Virus record (IMG/VR): IMGVR_UViG_3300044618_000713
Span: 1 to 64,000 of that record
Origin: a virus
Direction: 5' to 3' (one strand)
Length of the DNA stretch: 64,000 nucleotides
The number at the start of each line of letters is the position of its first letter. Positions within the stretch are counted from its first letter, which is position 1. Position numbers and translations under genes: made by a program. The notes below the pieces were generated by a model. It saw only the letters and a list, made by a program, of their open reading frames with translations, was not told the origin of the DNA and did no database searches. Positions 53,599-63,440 of the stretch are shown here, one piece after another.

Positions 53599-54894
53599 TT
53601 ACGAGCCAAGCTTGACCAGCTTGATGGCCTCGAAGTTGACCACATCGCCACCGACGCGCTTCGTGGTGTAGAATTCCACGTAGGGCTTGGCAGAGTAGGG
53701 ATCACGCAGCGTGCGGATGCCGAGGCGGTCCACAATCTGATAGGCTTCGCGCATATCGCCGACGGCGATGGAGAGCGAGTTGGAGGCCGGGTCCGGCATG
53801 TCCTCGAAAGATGCCACCGGATAGCCGAGCAGCGTTGCTGGCTGACCGGCAGCAATGCCGGGCGACCAGAGGTAAGCGCCATCCGAATCCTTGGCCTTGC
53901 GAACCAGAGTGAGAGTCGCGCGGTTCATGAACCAAGTGGCGTTGTTCCGGTACTGCTGCTTGAGGCCGTAGAGCGCGTTGATCAGCGCATCGCCGCCCGA
54001 GGGAGCCGCAGCCAGAGCGCCAGAAGCGCCCGTGGGGAACTGCTCGATGGTGCCGGGGAGCGTGGTGCCCGAGCCATAGGTCAGGAAGCCACGGGGCTTG
54101 TTGGAGCCGTTGCCGACAACGAAAGCGTTGGCTTCGTCACGGGCGAACTTCTCGGCAACCTTGGAAGCAAGCCATGCTTCCATGTTGATCGAGGCGTCAT
54201 CGAGCAGCTTCTGCGTAGCCTTGGGCTTCGCATAGAGTTCGTGGGCAGGAATGCGCCACTTGCCAAGCTGCGGCGTGTTGGTCTCGGGACGGCTATCCGT
54301 TTCGCCAACCCAGCCCGAAGAGGCTTCGTTGAGATCGAACAGGCCTTCGAGGGCATCCGACGAGATGACCTGGACCGAAGCGTATGCACGCATCGGGCTG
54401 GTCTCGAAGACCTTCATCACGATACGGCCAGAGAGGTCGGGATTGACCACATAGCCGCCATCGGGATCGGTGCCGACCGAGAGAGCCTTGCGCTCGTCCG
54501 GCCCCATGACTTCTTCACCCTTGCGGAGGAATGTGTCGAACGCGGCCTTGTAGCCGTCCATATCGGCAGCGCCGAATGAACCAGCAACAGCGCCACGGCG
54601 ACGGGCGTTCATGGAGGCCCACTCCTGGGCCTTGCGGTCGAGATCGACCACTTCGCCACGCTCGTCGGTGACGATGCGAGACTGACGCTTAGAAGCCAGA
54701 ACGGCTTCGTCAGCAATCTTCTGGGCCTTCTCAAGATCGGCTTCGATCTTCTGAAGCTTGGCCTCGGTCACGACATCGGCGCTGCCCTTCTTCTCAATCT
54801 GGGCAAGGCGTTCGTCGTTGGCCTTCTTGAACTCTTCGAATCCGGCGTGCAGCGCGTCAACCGCGCCGATGGCCTTCTTGATTTCCTCTGACAT
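53599..54894 (-). CDS. Major capsid protein, HK97 family
   Basis: KALSVGTDPDGGYVV, QKLLDD, GNGSNKPRG, KRVGG. Confidence 0.95.
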   Translation of the reverse strand: MSEEIKKAIGAVDALHAGFEEFKKANDERLAQIEKKGSADVVTEAKLQKIEADLEKAQKIADEAVLASKRQSRIVTDERGEVVDLDRKAQEWASMNARRRGAVAGSFGAADMDGYKAAFDTFLRKGEEVMGPDERKALSVGTDPDGGYVVNPDLSGRIVMKVFETSPMRAYASVQVISSDALEGLFDLNEASSGWVGETDSRPETNTPQLGKWRIPAHELYAKPKATQKLLDDASINMEAWLASKVAEKFARDEANAFVVGNGSNKPRGFLTYGSGTTLPGTIEQFPTGASGALAAAPSGGDALINALYGLKQQYRNNATWFMNRATLTLVRKAKDSDGAYLWSPGIAAGQPATLLGYPVASFEDMPDPASNSLSIAVGDMREAYQIVDRLGIRTLRDPYSAKPYVEFYTTKRVGGDVVNFEAIKLVKLGS

Positions 54895-55999
54895 GCAGGG
54901 ATTCCTTTAGCTTTGACAGTGACTGTAAAAGGGCATCGACGCCCTCGATTACGGCCTCTTCATCGCCAGCGTCCCGCTGTCTCTGTAGGGCTTTGAATCC
55001 GTGGAGAGTGAGAGCCACGGCCTCTTTACGGGAGTATCCTGCATCACGCAGGAAACGCTCGAAATCTCTTTCGGTTGTGATCGATTTGACGTTTGTCACC
55101 TTTGCATCCGGCAGCATCGGGAACGTCACAAGGCTGATCTCGAATAGGTCCACTTCCATCAGCTTGCGCACACGGCCATCACCTTCGGGTATGGCTTCCA
55201 TTGTGCGATAGCCGATAGACATGGAATCGATGGCCCCGGCGCGAAGGAGCGCCATTGCCTCGCGGCCTTTTTCTACTTCTTTGAGCAGACGGCCACGGAC
55301 AAACAGGCCACGCTCGTCCTCGTAAATGTCATCCCAGACGCCGATGGGCTGGCTCATATCGTGCTGCCATAGCATCTTGACTTTACGAGAGCCGAGCGAT
55401 TTGCGGAATGCGCCGCGTTCGACCACATCCATTCCCTGATCGACAACGCCGAACACGGAGGCATAGCCCTCGAAGACGCCATCTTGATCCGGTTCGCGCT
55501 TGATCGTGAGGGATACGTTCTTATGCTGGATCGGTTCGGACATGAACTTGTCGCCCTCTTCTCTGCGAACTATTGCGTTGGCCCATGAGCGGCCAGGATC
55601 ACCGCCCCAGAGCGCCCAGGCTATGCGACCAGCGGAAGGATATCCGTCTTCGCCGGGAGACCAACCTTGACCTTGCTTGTCCACCTCATGACGGGCGAAG
55701 TAGGACACCATCCGCTTGACGGTATCGAGCGAAAGGTTGCGGCGGTTCTTGATGTCACGGGCGCGGGCAACGCCGATCTCGGTGCCGCCACGGTTGAACT
55801 CATCACGCCATTCGAGGCCGCGTGTGGCTTCTCGTGCCATTGCCTCGTTGGGAGAGAACCCATCGGCCTTGCCTTCCCAGTTGGAAATGCAGACGGCATA
55901 ACGCTGATCTTCATCAGGAAAATCAGACATCGCCTCCTCGTCGCTCATGCAACGGGAGATGAACTCGTCTTCGTTTTCGGTCGGGCCGGGGCTAGGCAT
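54857..55999 (-). CDS. HK97 prohead protease with N-terminal extra domains
   Basis: FEGYASVF..VD...D, MLWQHD, SIGY, EISLVTFP from about residue 165. Confidence 0.9.
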   Translation of the reverse strand: MPSPGPTENEDEFISRCMSDEEAMSDFPDEDQRYAVCISNWEGKADGFSPNEAMAREATRGLEWRDEFNRGGTEIGVARARDIKNRRNLSLDTVKRMVSYFARHEVDKQGQGWSPGEDGYPSAGRIAWALWGGDPGRSWANAIVRREEGDKFMSEPIQHKNVSLTIKREPDQDGVFEGYASVFGVVDQGMDVVERGAFRKSLGSRKVKMLWQHDMSQPIGVWDDIYEDERGLFVRGRLLKEVEKGREAMALLRAGAIDSMSIGYRTMEAIPEGDGRVRKLMEVDLFEISLVTFPMLPDAKVTNVKSITTERDFERFLRDAGYSRKEAVALTLHGFKALQRQRDAGDEEAVIEGVDALLQSLSKLKESLHVRGNQEGHRRG

Positions 56000-56005
56000 G
56001 AGGGG

Positions 56006-56034
56006 AATATATCATTGCTTGATTGAAATCACAA
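56006..56034 (-). promoter_or_regulatory. Leaderless promoter for protease/capsid genes
   Basis: TTGTGA-N17-TATATT-N6-ATG. Confidence 0.6.
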
Positions 56035-56817
56035 CATGGCCTCAAGGGCGGCTTCGTCCACGATGTAACCAACAGCACAACGGCAGTTGATGACCTCATC
56101 GCCGGGGCCTTCTGGATCACCGGGAAACATGAGTTCGGCATCGCCAACCTTGAATTTTTCGTCCATGCCCACAGGCGGTTGAGTAGCAGCGATTCGATGC
56201 GTCTCTCTGGTGCGGTCATCGGCAGCGGCCAGCCACTCACGGGCCAAGGGCAAGCCAGTCTGTTTCGCGGCCTCCTGGGAGCCATAGTTGGCAGCGCCGT
56301 GCGTCTCGGTGCGGGCTATCATCTCGGCCCTGTAGGACGAAATCTGTGGCACCAGATCGAGGATGTATGAAGCGGTGCCGCGTTGGCCCAAACCATCCTC
56401 ATAGCCTTTCCGAACTGCCCTAATGATTTGATCGCGCGTGGTTTCAGTAACCTCTGTGATGCGGCGGCGGATCGCCTCTTGCTCAATAAAGCGCAACGCC
56501 CTGCGCGTCATGATCTGGGCGAAACTCTCTTTCGTCTCCAGCTTCAAGCCTCGCGCCTTGGCTTGCTCCATGATGCGAGAGCCGAACGTGGTGATTGATG
56601 CAATTGCCATCTGGCGATAAGTCGCCTCGATGCGATCACGGAAGTCGCGCGGCAAGGTTACATTGCCGGTCTGCTCCCAATGCTCGACCATCTCACGCAT
56701 GGCGGTTGCGATCTCACGCTGAAGACGGCCACGGAATTGAGTTGTCAGCCTATCGAGTAATGCGCCTTGACGGCGCACCTCGCGGCGCGTGTTCGAATCA
56801 ACCAGCCTTCGAGCCAT
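56029..56817 (-). CDS. MuF / SPP1 gp7 head morphogenesis protein
   Basis: RAEMIARTET, W....D.RTR.TH, FPGDP...E.INCRC. Confidence 0.88.
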   Translation of the reverse strand: MARRLVDSNTRREVRRQGALLDRLTTQFRGRLQREIATAMREMVEHWEQTGNVTLPRDFRDRIEATYRQMAIASITTFGSRIMEQAKARGLKLETKESFAQIMTRRALRFIEQEAIRRRITEVTETTRDQIIRAVRKGYEDGLGQRGTASYILDLVPQISSYRAEMIARTETHGAANYGSQEAAKQTGLPLAREWLAAADDRTRETHRIAATQPPVGMDEKFKVGDAELMFPGDPEGPGDEVINCRCAVGYIVDEAALEAML

Positions 56818-58270
56818 AGGCCAGTGCCTTGATGTCTGTCTCGGTGAGGCGCGGCTCGAATGATGCCGCTGGCGTTATGATCGAACGGGCTTCTGCTTCG
56901 TCCATTCCGGGGAAGGCAACCAGCATCATCTGGATTGCACTCTCGGCTGGCAACATGCCATCGGCAACTGACTGAACGATTTGCACCATTGATGCGATCT
57001 GTGCGCCGTTAAGAGCGGTTTCCTGCACGCTCGTGGTGCCGGTCACTGCCATGTTATTCTCTCCGGTGATGTCGCCCTCGGCAAGTGAAAGCGGAATCTG
57101 GCTAGACGCCACGAACAAGGTATCACCGCCATCGGTCGGCCCATAGCCCTTCAAGGCGCGGCGCTCATTGATGGTGAGGTCTTGTGACTGGTCAGCCATC
57201 TGCCACATCGAAAGACGCTTCTCGGCAATGGCCGGGATGCTGTCGATGTCAGGCTTGATCTCGACACCGTAGATGGAGCCGAGCCATGCGTTCCAATCGT
57301 TTACTATCATCTGAAGCAGTGGGAGCGCCGTGTCTTCCCAGAACGCCAGACGGGCCTCGGCATAGTTCGAATAGGTGTTATCGCCAGGAATGCCGAGAAG
57401 CTGCGGCGGCACGCCGAAGGCCAAGGCAACGTCACGGGCCGAGGAGAACTTCACCTCGATGATGCCCATGTCGGTCGGCGACAGGCCCATCTGCTGCCAA
57501 TCAAGTCCACCTTCGAGGAGCATGGGGCGACCGGCGTTCGAGGAGCCGGAATATTGCTCTTCGATCTGGGCCTTGAGGCGGTTAAAGTTCTCGTCTGATA
57601 GCGTGCCGGAATCCTTGACGGTCAATGCACCTGATGGACGCGCCGAGTTCTGGAGCAAGGCTTGCATCCAGTTCATGGCTTCGTTGTTCTGATCGATGGC
57701 GTAGGAACCCGCTTCGATTGGGCTCATGCCGTACCAATCGTTCAACGGGTTGAACAGCTTCAAGTGCCGCACATCGCATTCGAGCGTGCGAGGGTCCATC
57801 TCCCATCGCACTTTGTTCTGCCCGAGCGTGTACTCGTATGCAGACGGGATGCCATTGGATGACGGAACAATTTTCATGCGGTCAGGTCGAAGCTGGTAAA
57901 GCTCCTTGACCTCGCGGCCCACCATGAACCGCTCTTCGTAGCCGTTTCCCGCGATCATCAGGAACGACACCTTGGCGCGAACGTAATCGGAATAGGACTG
58001 AAGCGGATTCGGACGCTCGAGCAGCGTGATCAGCGGATGATCGACCAGTTCCGTCTCGCCACGGTAGACGCCAAGATTGACGGATGCAATGGCGTCAGCG
58101 ATCCGGTTGATGGCCTGATATGCCACCACGTTCTTGCCATAGGCTTCCTTGGCGAAGCTCTCGTAGTTGCGTGGAGACCACACGGCTTGGCCTGGATTGA
58201 TCACCATCAGCTTGGCGGCAGCGGATTCCTTGCGCTCTTGCGGGCGGCGGAAACGGTCAAAAAGTCCCAT
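56798..58270 (-). CDS. Portal protein, HK97 family
   Basis: LL.RPNP, GNGY, LRPDR, NAGRPMLLEGGL, FGVPP. Confidence 0.93.
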   Translation of the reverse strand: MGLFDRFRRPQERKESAAAKLMVINPGQAVWSPRNYESFAKEAYGKNVVAYQAINRIADAIASVNLGVYRGETELVDHPLITLLERPNPLQSYSDYVRAKVSFLMIAGNGYEERFMVGREVKELYQLRPDRMKIVPSSNGIPSAYEYTLGQNKVRWEMDPRTLECDVRHLKLFNPLNDWYGMSPIEAGSYAIDQNNEAMNWMQALLQNSARPSGALTVKDSGTLSDENFNRLKAQIEEQYSGSSNAGRPMLLEGGLDWQQMGLSPTDMGIIEVKFSSARDVALAFGVPPQLLGIPGDNTYSNYAEARLAFWEDTALPLLQMIVNDWNAWLGSIYGVEIKPDIDSIPAIAEKRLSMWQMADQSQDLTINERRALKGYGPTDGGDTLFVASSQIPLSLAEGDITGENNMAVTGTTSVQETALNGAQIASMVQIVQSVADGMLPAESAIQMMLVAFPGMDEAEARSIITPAASFEPRLTETDIKALAYGSKAG

Positions 58271-58278
58271 CTAGAACC

Positions 58279-59664
58279 TCACAAGGCGCGAACCGCAGGA
58301 GCAGACTGCGGCGCGGTCATATCGGAAATTGCACTCATTGCGGCGTCTATCATATCATCATGTGTGCCGTTGGGAAAGACCGAGGCCTCGGACATGAAAT
58401 CGGCCAGGTGATCAATGTTCGACATGATGTAGACGTTGCCAGATTGGACGTAGGGCGCGGCATCGAAGGCGCGGGTGATCTTGTCCACGTTGCGCTGGAT
58501 CGGGATGATCGGAATGCCCTCGCGTTTTAGCTTCTGGATCAGGCCGGTGCCGCTCACCTTGTCTTCGACCTTGAAGGCTCGAAGCGGCCCCTTGTCCGAT
58601 GCTGCCAAATGCTTTTTCCAGAATGCCCGAGCCATCGTTTCCAGTTCCGGAGCCTCCCACTTACCGCGTGCCATATCGAGCAGCACGATCTGTCCGGTGT
58701 GCGTTTGGCCCCAGCATTGGAAAACGGAATAGTCATTCTGCTCCTTTGTCTTTTGCGCGGTGTCGGCATAGATCGCCCGCCACTTGAGCGGCGGCATTGC
58801 CTCATAGAAGCGCCACCATTCGTCCTTGAAGATGCCGCCGCCAAGCGGTGCGGGTCTTTGCATGTATTGACCAGCGAAAACGTATGGGCTGGATTGCTCA
58901 AGGCGGTCGAGCATCTCGGGAGGGAATTGTTCCGGCCAGAACGATGAGCCATCTAGATCACGGGCAGGGATGACAAGGCTATCCCAATGTTCACCGGAGC
59001 CGCCGCCTAGAAGCCAGCCGGAAAGATCATCCTCGTGGAGCCGCTGCATGATGACGATGATTGGCGTGTCGGTCTTGTTGAGGCGCGACTGTATCGTGGT
59101 CTGATACCAGTCGATCACGTTCTGGCGCATGATGGGCGAGGTTGCCTCACCGGCCTTGTGCGGGTCATCGATGATAATGGCACCGCCGAAGCCGTCTCGC
59201 ATCTTGCCAGCGCCATAGCCGGTGATGGTGCCGTCTGCGCCGGTTGCGTAGACGATACCGCCGTGTGATGTGCGGAACTCATCCTTGGCCTTGCTATCGT
59301 CTTGGAGCGAAACCCACGGGAATATCGATCGATAGGTCTCGTGCTGCATCATGGCGCGGATGTCGTATGCGTTGGATGTGGCGAGGCGCTTTGAATAGCT
59401 GGCGTGGATGAATTCGGCATCAGGCACGAGGCCGATGGTCCAGGCGATGAATGCCTTGACGGCAATCTCGGTCTTGCCGGATCGAGGCGGCACGTTGATG
59501 ATGAGCCGCTTGATGCGGTGGGCGAAGACCTGTTCGAGGCTGCGGCAGATTGCCCGTTGATGCTCGTTCGGCAGCATCTCTTGGTTGGTGCGGGCGCGGT
59601 AGATCGTGCGTGCGAACTTATAGAGCCGTTGATGGTTGGCGGCTCGATGCTCACTCGGCGTCAT
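58279..59664 (-). CDS. terL: Terminase large subunit
   Basis: PPRSGKT, IIIDDP, QRLHEDDL, HDDMIDA. Confidence 0.95.
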   Translation of the reverse strand: MTPSEHRAANHQRLYKFARTIYRARTNQEMLPNEHQRAICRSLEQVFAHRIKRLIINVPPRSGKTEIAVKAFIAWTIGLVPDAEFIHASYSKRLATSNAYDIRAMMQHETYRSIFPWVSLQDDSKAKDEFRTSHGGIVYATGADGTITGYGAGKMRDGFGGAIIIDDPHKAGEATSPIMRQNVIDWYQTTIQSRLNKTDTPIIVIMQRLHEDDLSGWLLGGGSGEHWDSLVIPARDLDGSSFWPEQFPPEMLDRLEQSSPYVFAGQYMQRPAPLGGGIFKDEWWRFYEAMPPLKWRAIYADTAQKTKEQNDYSVFQCWGQTHTGQIVLLDMARGKWEAPELETMARAFWKKHLAASDKGPLRAFKVEDKVSGTGLIQKLKREGIPIIPIQRNVDKITRAFDAAPYVQSGNVYIMSNIDHLADFMSEASVFPNGTHDDMIDAAMSAISDMTAPQSAPAVRAL

Positions 59665-60034
59665 CGTAAATCTTGTTGAGCGCAGCAAGGACGGCGGCAG
59701 CGACTGGCTCCGGTCTTAGTGATCCATCTTCGTTGGAGATGTCCACGGTTTCGCGCCAGCGTGCGCGCGTCTTGAGCCAGAAGATCATGGCGGTTGTATC
59801 GCCAGCCTTTGCCTTGTTGAAGAGCGCACCGCCGATGGTTGCGTTGGCCTTGTCCCTAGCTTGCTTCAGTTCAGCGGAATAATACTTGTAGAGCGTCTCT
59901 TTGTGGATGCCGAGGATTTCGGCAATGCTCTCATGCGTGGTGCCGACCGTTGCGTGAAGCGAAACCAGCTGGCGCTGCGCGTCTGTCGGTGCATGAGGCT
60001 TGCGGCCTAGCTTGCCTTTGGTTTCTTCGGTCAT
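59651..60034 (-). CDS. terS: Terminase small subunit
   Basis: HTH (IAEILGI...TL.KYY), GDTTAMIFWLKTRA.W. Confidence 0.85.
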   Translation of the reverse strand: MTEETKGKLGRKPHAPTDAQRQLVSLHATVGTTHESIAEILGIHKETLYKYYSAELKQARDKANATIGGALFNKAKAGDTTAMIFWLKTRARWRETVDISNEDGSLRPEPVAAAVLAALNKIYDDAE

Positions 60035-61098
60035 GATGCAATTCCTTTTGGCATTAGCCATTGATCAATCACAGCACGCGCAACTTGCTCAGTCATCTTG
60101 GGTGGAACGCTCATGCCAATCATGTATTTGCCAATCTTGTCGGTCTTGGCGTGATAGTCATCTGGGAAACTGCCGAGGCGTTTCCATTCGCGGAAAGTAA
60201 GTGTTCTAGGTGAATCCCAATGATTTATCATCTCATGCGTGGCTGTTAGTGAATTGGCTGGAATCAAAGCATGTAACCTTTTATGATTCCATAGCTTCTC
60301 CTTTAGACCTGCCCTCACTACAGCGTCAGCATATTGCTCGCCTTGTTTTGTTTTCGGCCACCAAGTCAAATCTGTATTTGAGACGTGACGAGTGTCTTCT
60401 AGTTCTTCTTTGATCAGATGTTGCACGTCGCAGCATGACTCTTCCGGACCTATCCATCGATGCGTTGGTGACAACTTCAACGGCAACACTTCAATGTCAT
60501 TCCGGATTGCAACAAAAAACACCCGCTCTCTCCGCTGCGGAACTCCACAGTCAGCAGCATTTAAAAGAAACAATTGAGGCCGATATCCAATCTCACGAAA
60601 ACGCGCCATGACCATCTTGGTATAGCCCTTGGCATTGCCAAGGATCATTCCCTTGACGTTTTCAGCAATTGCAACTTTCGGCTTGAGCCGTTCAACAAGG
60701 TCAAGGTAATCAAAGAAAAGGTCAGACAGCACTTGCTTTGCCTGGCCTTCACGGAAGTGTTTGTCCTTTCCCCACGCCTTTTCGCGGCTTCCTGCCATGC
60801 TGAATGTTGAGCAGGGCGGCGAGCCATCAAGGATGTCGAGTTTGAAGAGTTCCGGAGGAAGATCAGCAGTCAGCAAGTCACGGATTGGACAAAGAAAATA
60901 ATGAGGTGGATTGAGATTGCGCTTGTAGTGCCAAGCCATTTCAGGGTCGATGTCATTTGCTGCAATGATTTCGCATCCGGCTCTTTTGTAGCCCATTGAT
61001 GATCCGCCACCGCAAGCAAAGGTGCTCATGACCTTAATGCCATTCTTTGGCACTGATGCAAGGTCAGTCAAATTCCAAGCGCAATCAGGCTTATTCAT
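60031..61098 (-). CDS. DNA C5-cytosine methyltransferase (single chain)
   Basis: FACGGG, GSPPC, ENV, PQRRER, RTLT..E..RL.SFP (IX), IGMSVPP (X). Confidence 0.9.
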   Translation of the reverse strand: MNKPDCAWNLTDLASVPKNGIKVMSTFACGGGSSMGYKRAGCEIIAANDIDPEMAWHYKRNLNPPHYFLCPIRDLLTADLPPELFKLDILDGSPPCSTFSMAGSREKAWGKDKHFREGQAKQVLSDLFFDYLDLVERLKPKVAIAENVKGMILGNAKGYTKMVMARFREIGYRPQLFLLNAADCGVPQRRERVFFVAIRNDIEVLPLKLSPTHRWIGPEESCCDVQHLIKEELEDTRHVSNTDLTWWPKTKQGEQYADAVVRAGLKEKLWNHKRLHALIPANSLTATHEMINHWDSPRTLTFREWKRLGSFPDDYHAKTDKIGKYMIGMSVPPKMTEQVARAVIDQWLMPKGIAS

Positions 61099-61585
61099 CA
61101 AATTCAAATCCGCACTTTGGACATCTATGATCCATTGCATATTCGTCAGGATCAATTTCTTTTGTGCTGCTATCTGGAACAACAGGCTGATCAAACATTG
61201 ACGCCATCTCGCCTAGATCGAAGCCGGTGATAGTCAGATCAAACTTCATGTCTTCGAGGTCTTTCAATTCAACCTTGAGCATCTCGAAGTCCCATCCGGC
61301 ATCGAGCGCCATCCGGTTGTCGGCAATGACATAGGCGCGCTTCTGGGCCTCCGTGAGGTGGCTTGCTTCTACGCACGGCACTTCCTTCAGTCCCAGCTTG
61401 TTCGCCGCCAGGACGCGCCCGTGGCCCGCCACGATGCCATTCTTGCCGTCCGTCACCACCGGGTTGATAAACCCGAACTCCTTGATCGAGGATGCGATCT
61501 TGGTGACCTGGGCCTCGGAGTGTGTCCTGCTGTTGCGGGCGTACGGGATGAGGTCGGCGGTTGGAATCAGCTTATAGGTCAGCAT
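61091..61585 (-). CDS. ParB/Srx N-terminal domain protein
   Basis: LIPYARN.RTH, SIKEFGF.NP, AGHGR, IADN; C-terminal CPKCG. Confidence 0.88.
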   Translation of the reverse strand: MLTYKLIPTADLIPYARNSRTHSEAQVTKIASSIKEFGFINPVVTDGKNGIVAGHGRVLAANKLGLKEVPCVEASHLTEAQKRAYVIADNRMALDAGWDFEMLKVELKDLEDMKFDLTITGFDLGEMASMFDQPVVPDSSTKEIDPDEYAMDHRCPKCGFEFDE

Positions 61586-61769
61586 TGCTGTCCTTTTTAT
61601 TGTCGGTTTTCTGGACTGCCTTAACGGCAAGTTCGATGTATCGCGGGATCGGTTGCTTGCCGGTCTCATAGGCTCGGAAGGTGTTGCGTGCGAGGCCAAG
61701 GGCTTCTGCTGCCTTGCGCTTCGATAGGGCAACGGAGGTGCGCCATTGGATGAGTTCGTCTGCTGTCAT
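61572..61769 (-). CDS. XRE-family HTH protein
   Basis: WR....LS...AAEALG......YETG..PIP. Confidence 0.8.
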   Translation of the reverse strand: MTADELIQWRTSVALSKRKAAEALGLARNTFRAYETGKQPIPRYIELAVKAVQKTDNKKDSNADL

Positions 61770-61776
61770 GCGGCGC

Positions 61777-61813
61777 AATATAGAGCAAAAAAAACCCCGC
61801 CACAAGGGCGGGG
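61777..61813 (-). terminator. Terminator overlapping a leaderless promoter
   Basis: CCCCGCC-CTTGT-GGCGGGG-T8; TTGTGG-N17-TATATT-N7-ATG. Confidence 0.7.
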
Positions 61814-61851
61814 CTGAGTTGCTGCGGCGGGAGGAGTAAACCGCAGGGGAA

Positions 61852-62418
61852 TCAATACCGATATGGATGCTTTGGCACGGCGACACCCATGCGTCTCGCC
61901 TTCTCCCGCATCTCGCGGAAGGCCTTCAATTCGTTCTGCCGGATGCGTTCGCGGGTGACGCCATAGTCCTTGGCGATGTCCTCGAGCGTCTGTTCCGGTT
62001 CGCCGGTGAGGCCAAAGCGGGCTTCGATCATGGCGCGGCGCTTTGGGTGGGTGATGGCAGCGACCAGCTTGGCGAGAAGCGGCTTGTCCACTTCCAGGCT
62101 CGATGGTGCGGCGATTTGGGCAAGTTGCTCGGCGTCGATCTCTGCCTCGATGGAGTTGCGGGCGGTGAGCAGGTCTCGCATGTGGTGCGGCCAGAGTTCT
62201 TCCGGCTCGGTGCGGAGCGCGGAGGAGATGTCCATTGCGAGTTCTGACCAGTCGCCGTTGGCGATGGGCTTTTCGCGGAAATTTATAATCGCGTTGATGT
62301 GTTGCGGAGACTTGCCCATGAAGCGGGCGAGATCGGCTTGTGTGGCAAACCCTGCGGCCTTGATGGCGCGAAGGAGTCTGGCATTGCGAACGGTGACTTT
62401 GACGGCGAAGTCGGTCAT
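61852..62418 (-). CDS. XRE-HTH / sigma70 region-4 fusion regulator
   Basis: N-terminal TQADLAR HTH; C-terminal RFGL....QTLEDIA..YGVTRERIRQ.E.KA.R. Confidence 0.82.
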   Translation of the reverse strand: MTDFAVKVTVRNARLLRAIKAAGFATQADLARFMGKSPQHINAIINFREKPIANGDWSELAMDISSALRTEPEELWPHHMRDLLTARNSIEAEIDAEQLAQIAAPSSLEVDKPLLAKLVAAITHPKRRAMIEARFGLTGEPEQTLEDIAKDYGVTRERIRQNELKAFREMREKARRMGVAVPKHPYRY

Positions 62419-62669
62419 GGGGTGGCCTCATAGGGGGGTGGCAGTGGCATCCATGCGGTTACGTTATTGAGCTTCTCGCCTCGGGGTCCGTCGTCGTGCC
62501 ATCTCTGGCTCGTCTTGTTCCATCGGGCGATGCGGATGCGATGGAAAGTTTCGACGGGACCGCCGAACATGGCAAGCTCGAATTTGCTTGTCTCGTAGGT
62601 ACAGGTGACAAGGACACATCCTTCGGGCTTTCGCTCGCCTTTGGTGATAGGGGTCCAAGTGGCGGTCAT
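62415..62669 (-). CDS. DUF551-like protein
   Basis: W.PI...P....VLV...VTAWMPLP. Confidence 0.65.
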   Translation of the reverse strand: MTATWTPITKGERKPEGCVLVTCTYETSKFELAMFGGPVETFHRIRIARWNKTSQRWHDDGPRGEKLNNVTAWMPLPPPYEATP

Positions 62670-62869
62670 TCGGTCCTCGTGACTTTGGTGCCGATGATGC
62701 CTTTGAGGCTGATCTTGCGGCAGGTGTAGCGGCGTGGTCGGTAGTAGCGGGCGGCATCGTGCTGGAGCGATTTGGAACTGCGACCGGGAGCGAAGAAGGA
62801 TTCGCCGATCTCGATGGTGCGCCACGGATACTTTGGCGGGCGTCCATTGGGCTTAGGCTGGCTCGTCAC
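62666..62869 (-). CDS. Small DNA-binding-like protein
   Basis: GRPPKYPW....IGESFF. Confidence 0.6.
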   Translation of the reverse strand: MTSQPKPNGRPPKYPWRTIEIGESFFAPGRSSKSLQHDAARYYRPRRYTCRKISLKGIIGTKVTRTE

Positions 62870-63108
62870 TTGGAGGCCTCCTCTGCCCTATAAACGATCC
62901 AGATCGAACGTGCGCGGGGCGTCAGGTTGCCGATGCTGATCGCCATGTCTGCCATCTTGATGCGGGCGGCTTTGGACTTGGTGCGGCGGCGCATCTCCTC
63001 GATGACGAGGATGGCTTCCTCGCCTGTCTGGGGCAGCTTGCGGGGGCAAGTAGCAAGTTCGGCCATTGCGGTGTGGCCTTTGGCGATGATGTCGTTTGCG
63101 GTGGTCAT
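62866..63108 (-). CDS. Hypothetical protein (80 aa)
   Basis: AGGAG RBS; GTGA coupling. Confidence 0.6.
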   Translation of the reverse strand: MTTANDIIAKGHTAMAELATCPRKLPQTGEEAILVIEEMRRRTKSKAARIKMADMAISIGNLTPRARSIWIVYRAEEASK

Positions 63109-63155
63109 TGGTGGCTCCTATTGGGTGGGTGGGTGAGGGGCGCTAGGCCCCTCGG

Positions 63156-63332
63156 TTAGGCAACCGGCTCGGCGCGGAAGTTGGTGAGGCCAGCGAACCC
63201 GAAGGCCACCGCATCGCGCTTGGCGCGTTCGATGCCAGCCTCGGGCGACTTGCGCCATGTAAAGCATTCAAGAACCGAACCATCGGCGCGGTCGGCGAGG
63301 ATGCGGTAGGAAGCGGAAGAAGCGAGAAGCAT
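63156..63332 (-). CDS. Hypothetical protein (58 aa, not in ORF track)
   Basis: AAGGAGG RBS; MLLASSASYRILADRADGSVLECFTW... Confidence 0.6.
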   Translation of the reverse strand: MLLASSASYRILADRADGSVLECFTWRKSPEAGIERAKRDAVAFGFAGLTNFRAEPVA

Positions 63333-63399
63333 GTAACCCTCCTTGGGCTGTGCAGTGGCGGGATTGCCCTGCGCTGTTGATGTCCCTTTATCCCATACC

Positions 63400-63440
63400 T
63401 TGCAGAAACTTGCAAGCGTTATGTTGCAGAAAAGTGCAAG
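63400..63440. promoter_or_regulatory. Two operator-like imperfect palindromes
   Basis: TTGCAGAAACTTGCAAG and TTGCAGAAAAGTGCAAG upstream of the early operon. Confidence 0.55.
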
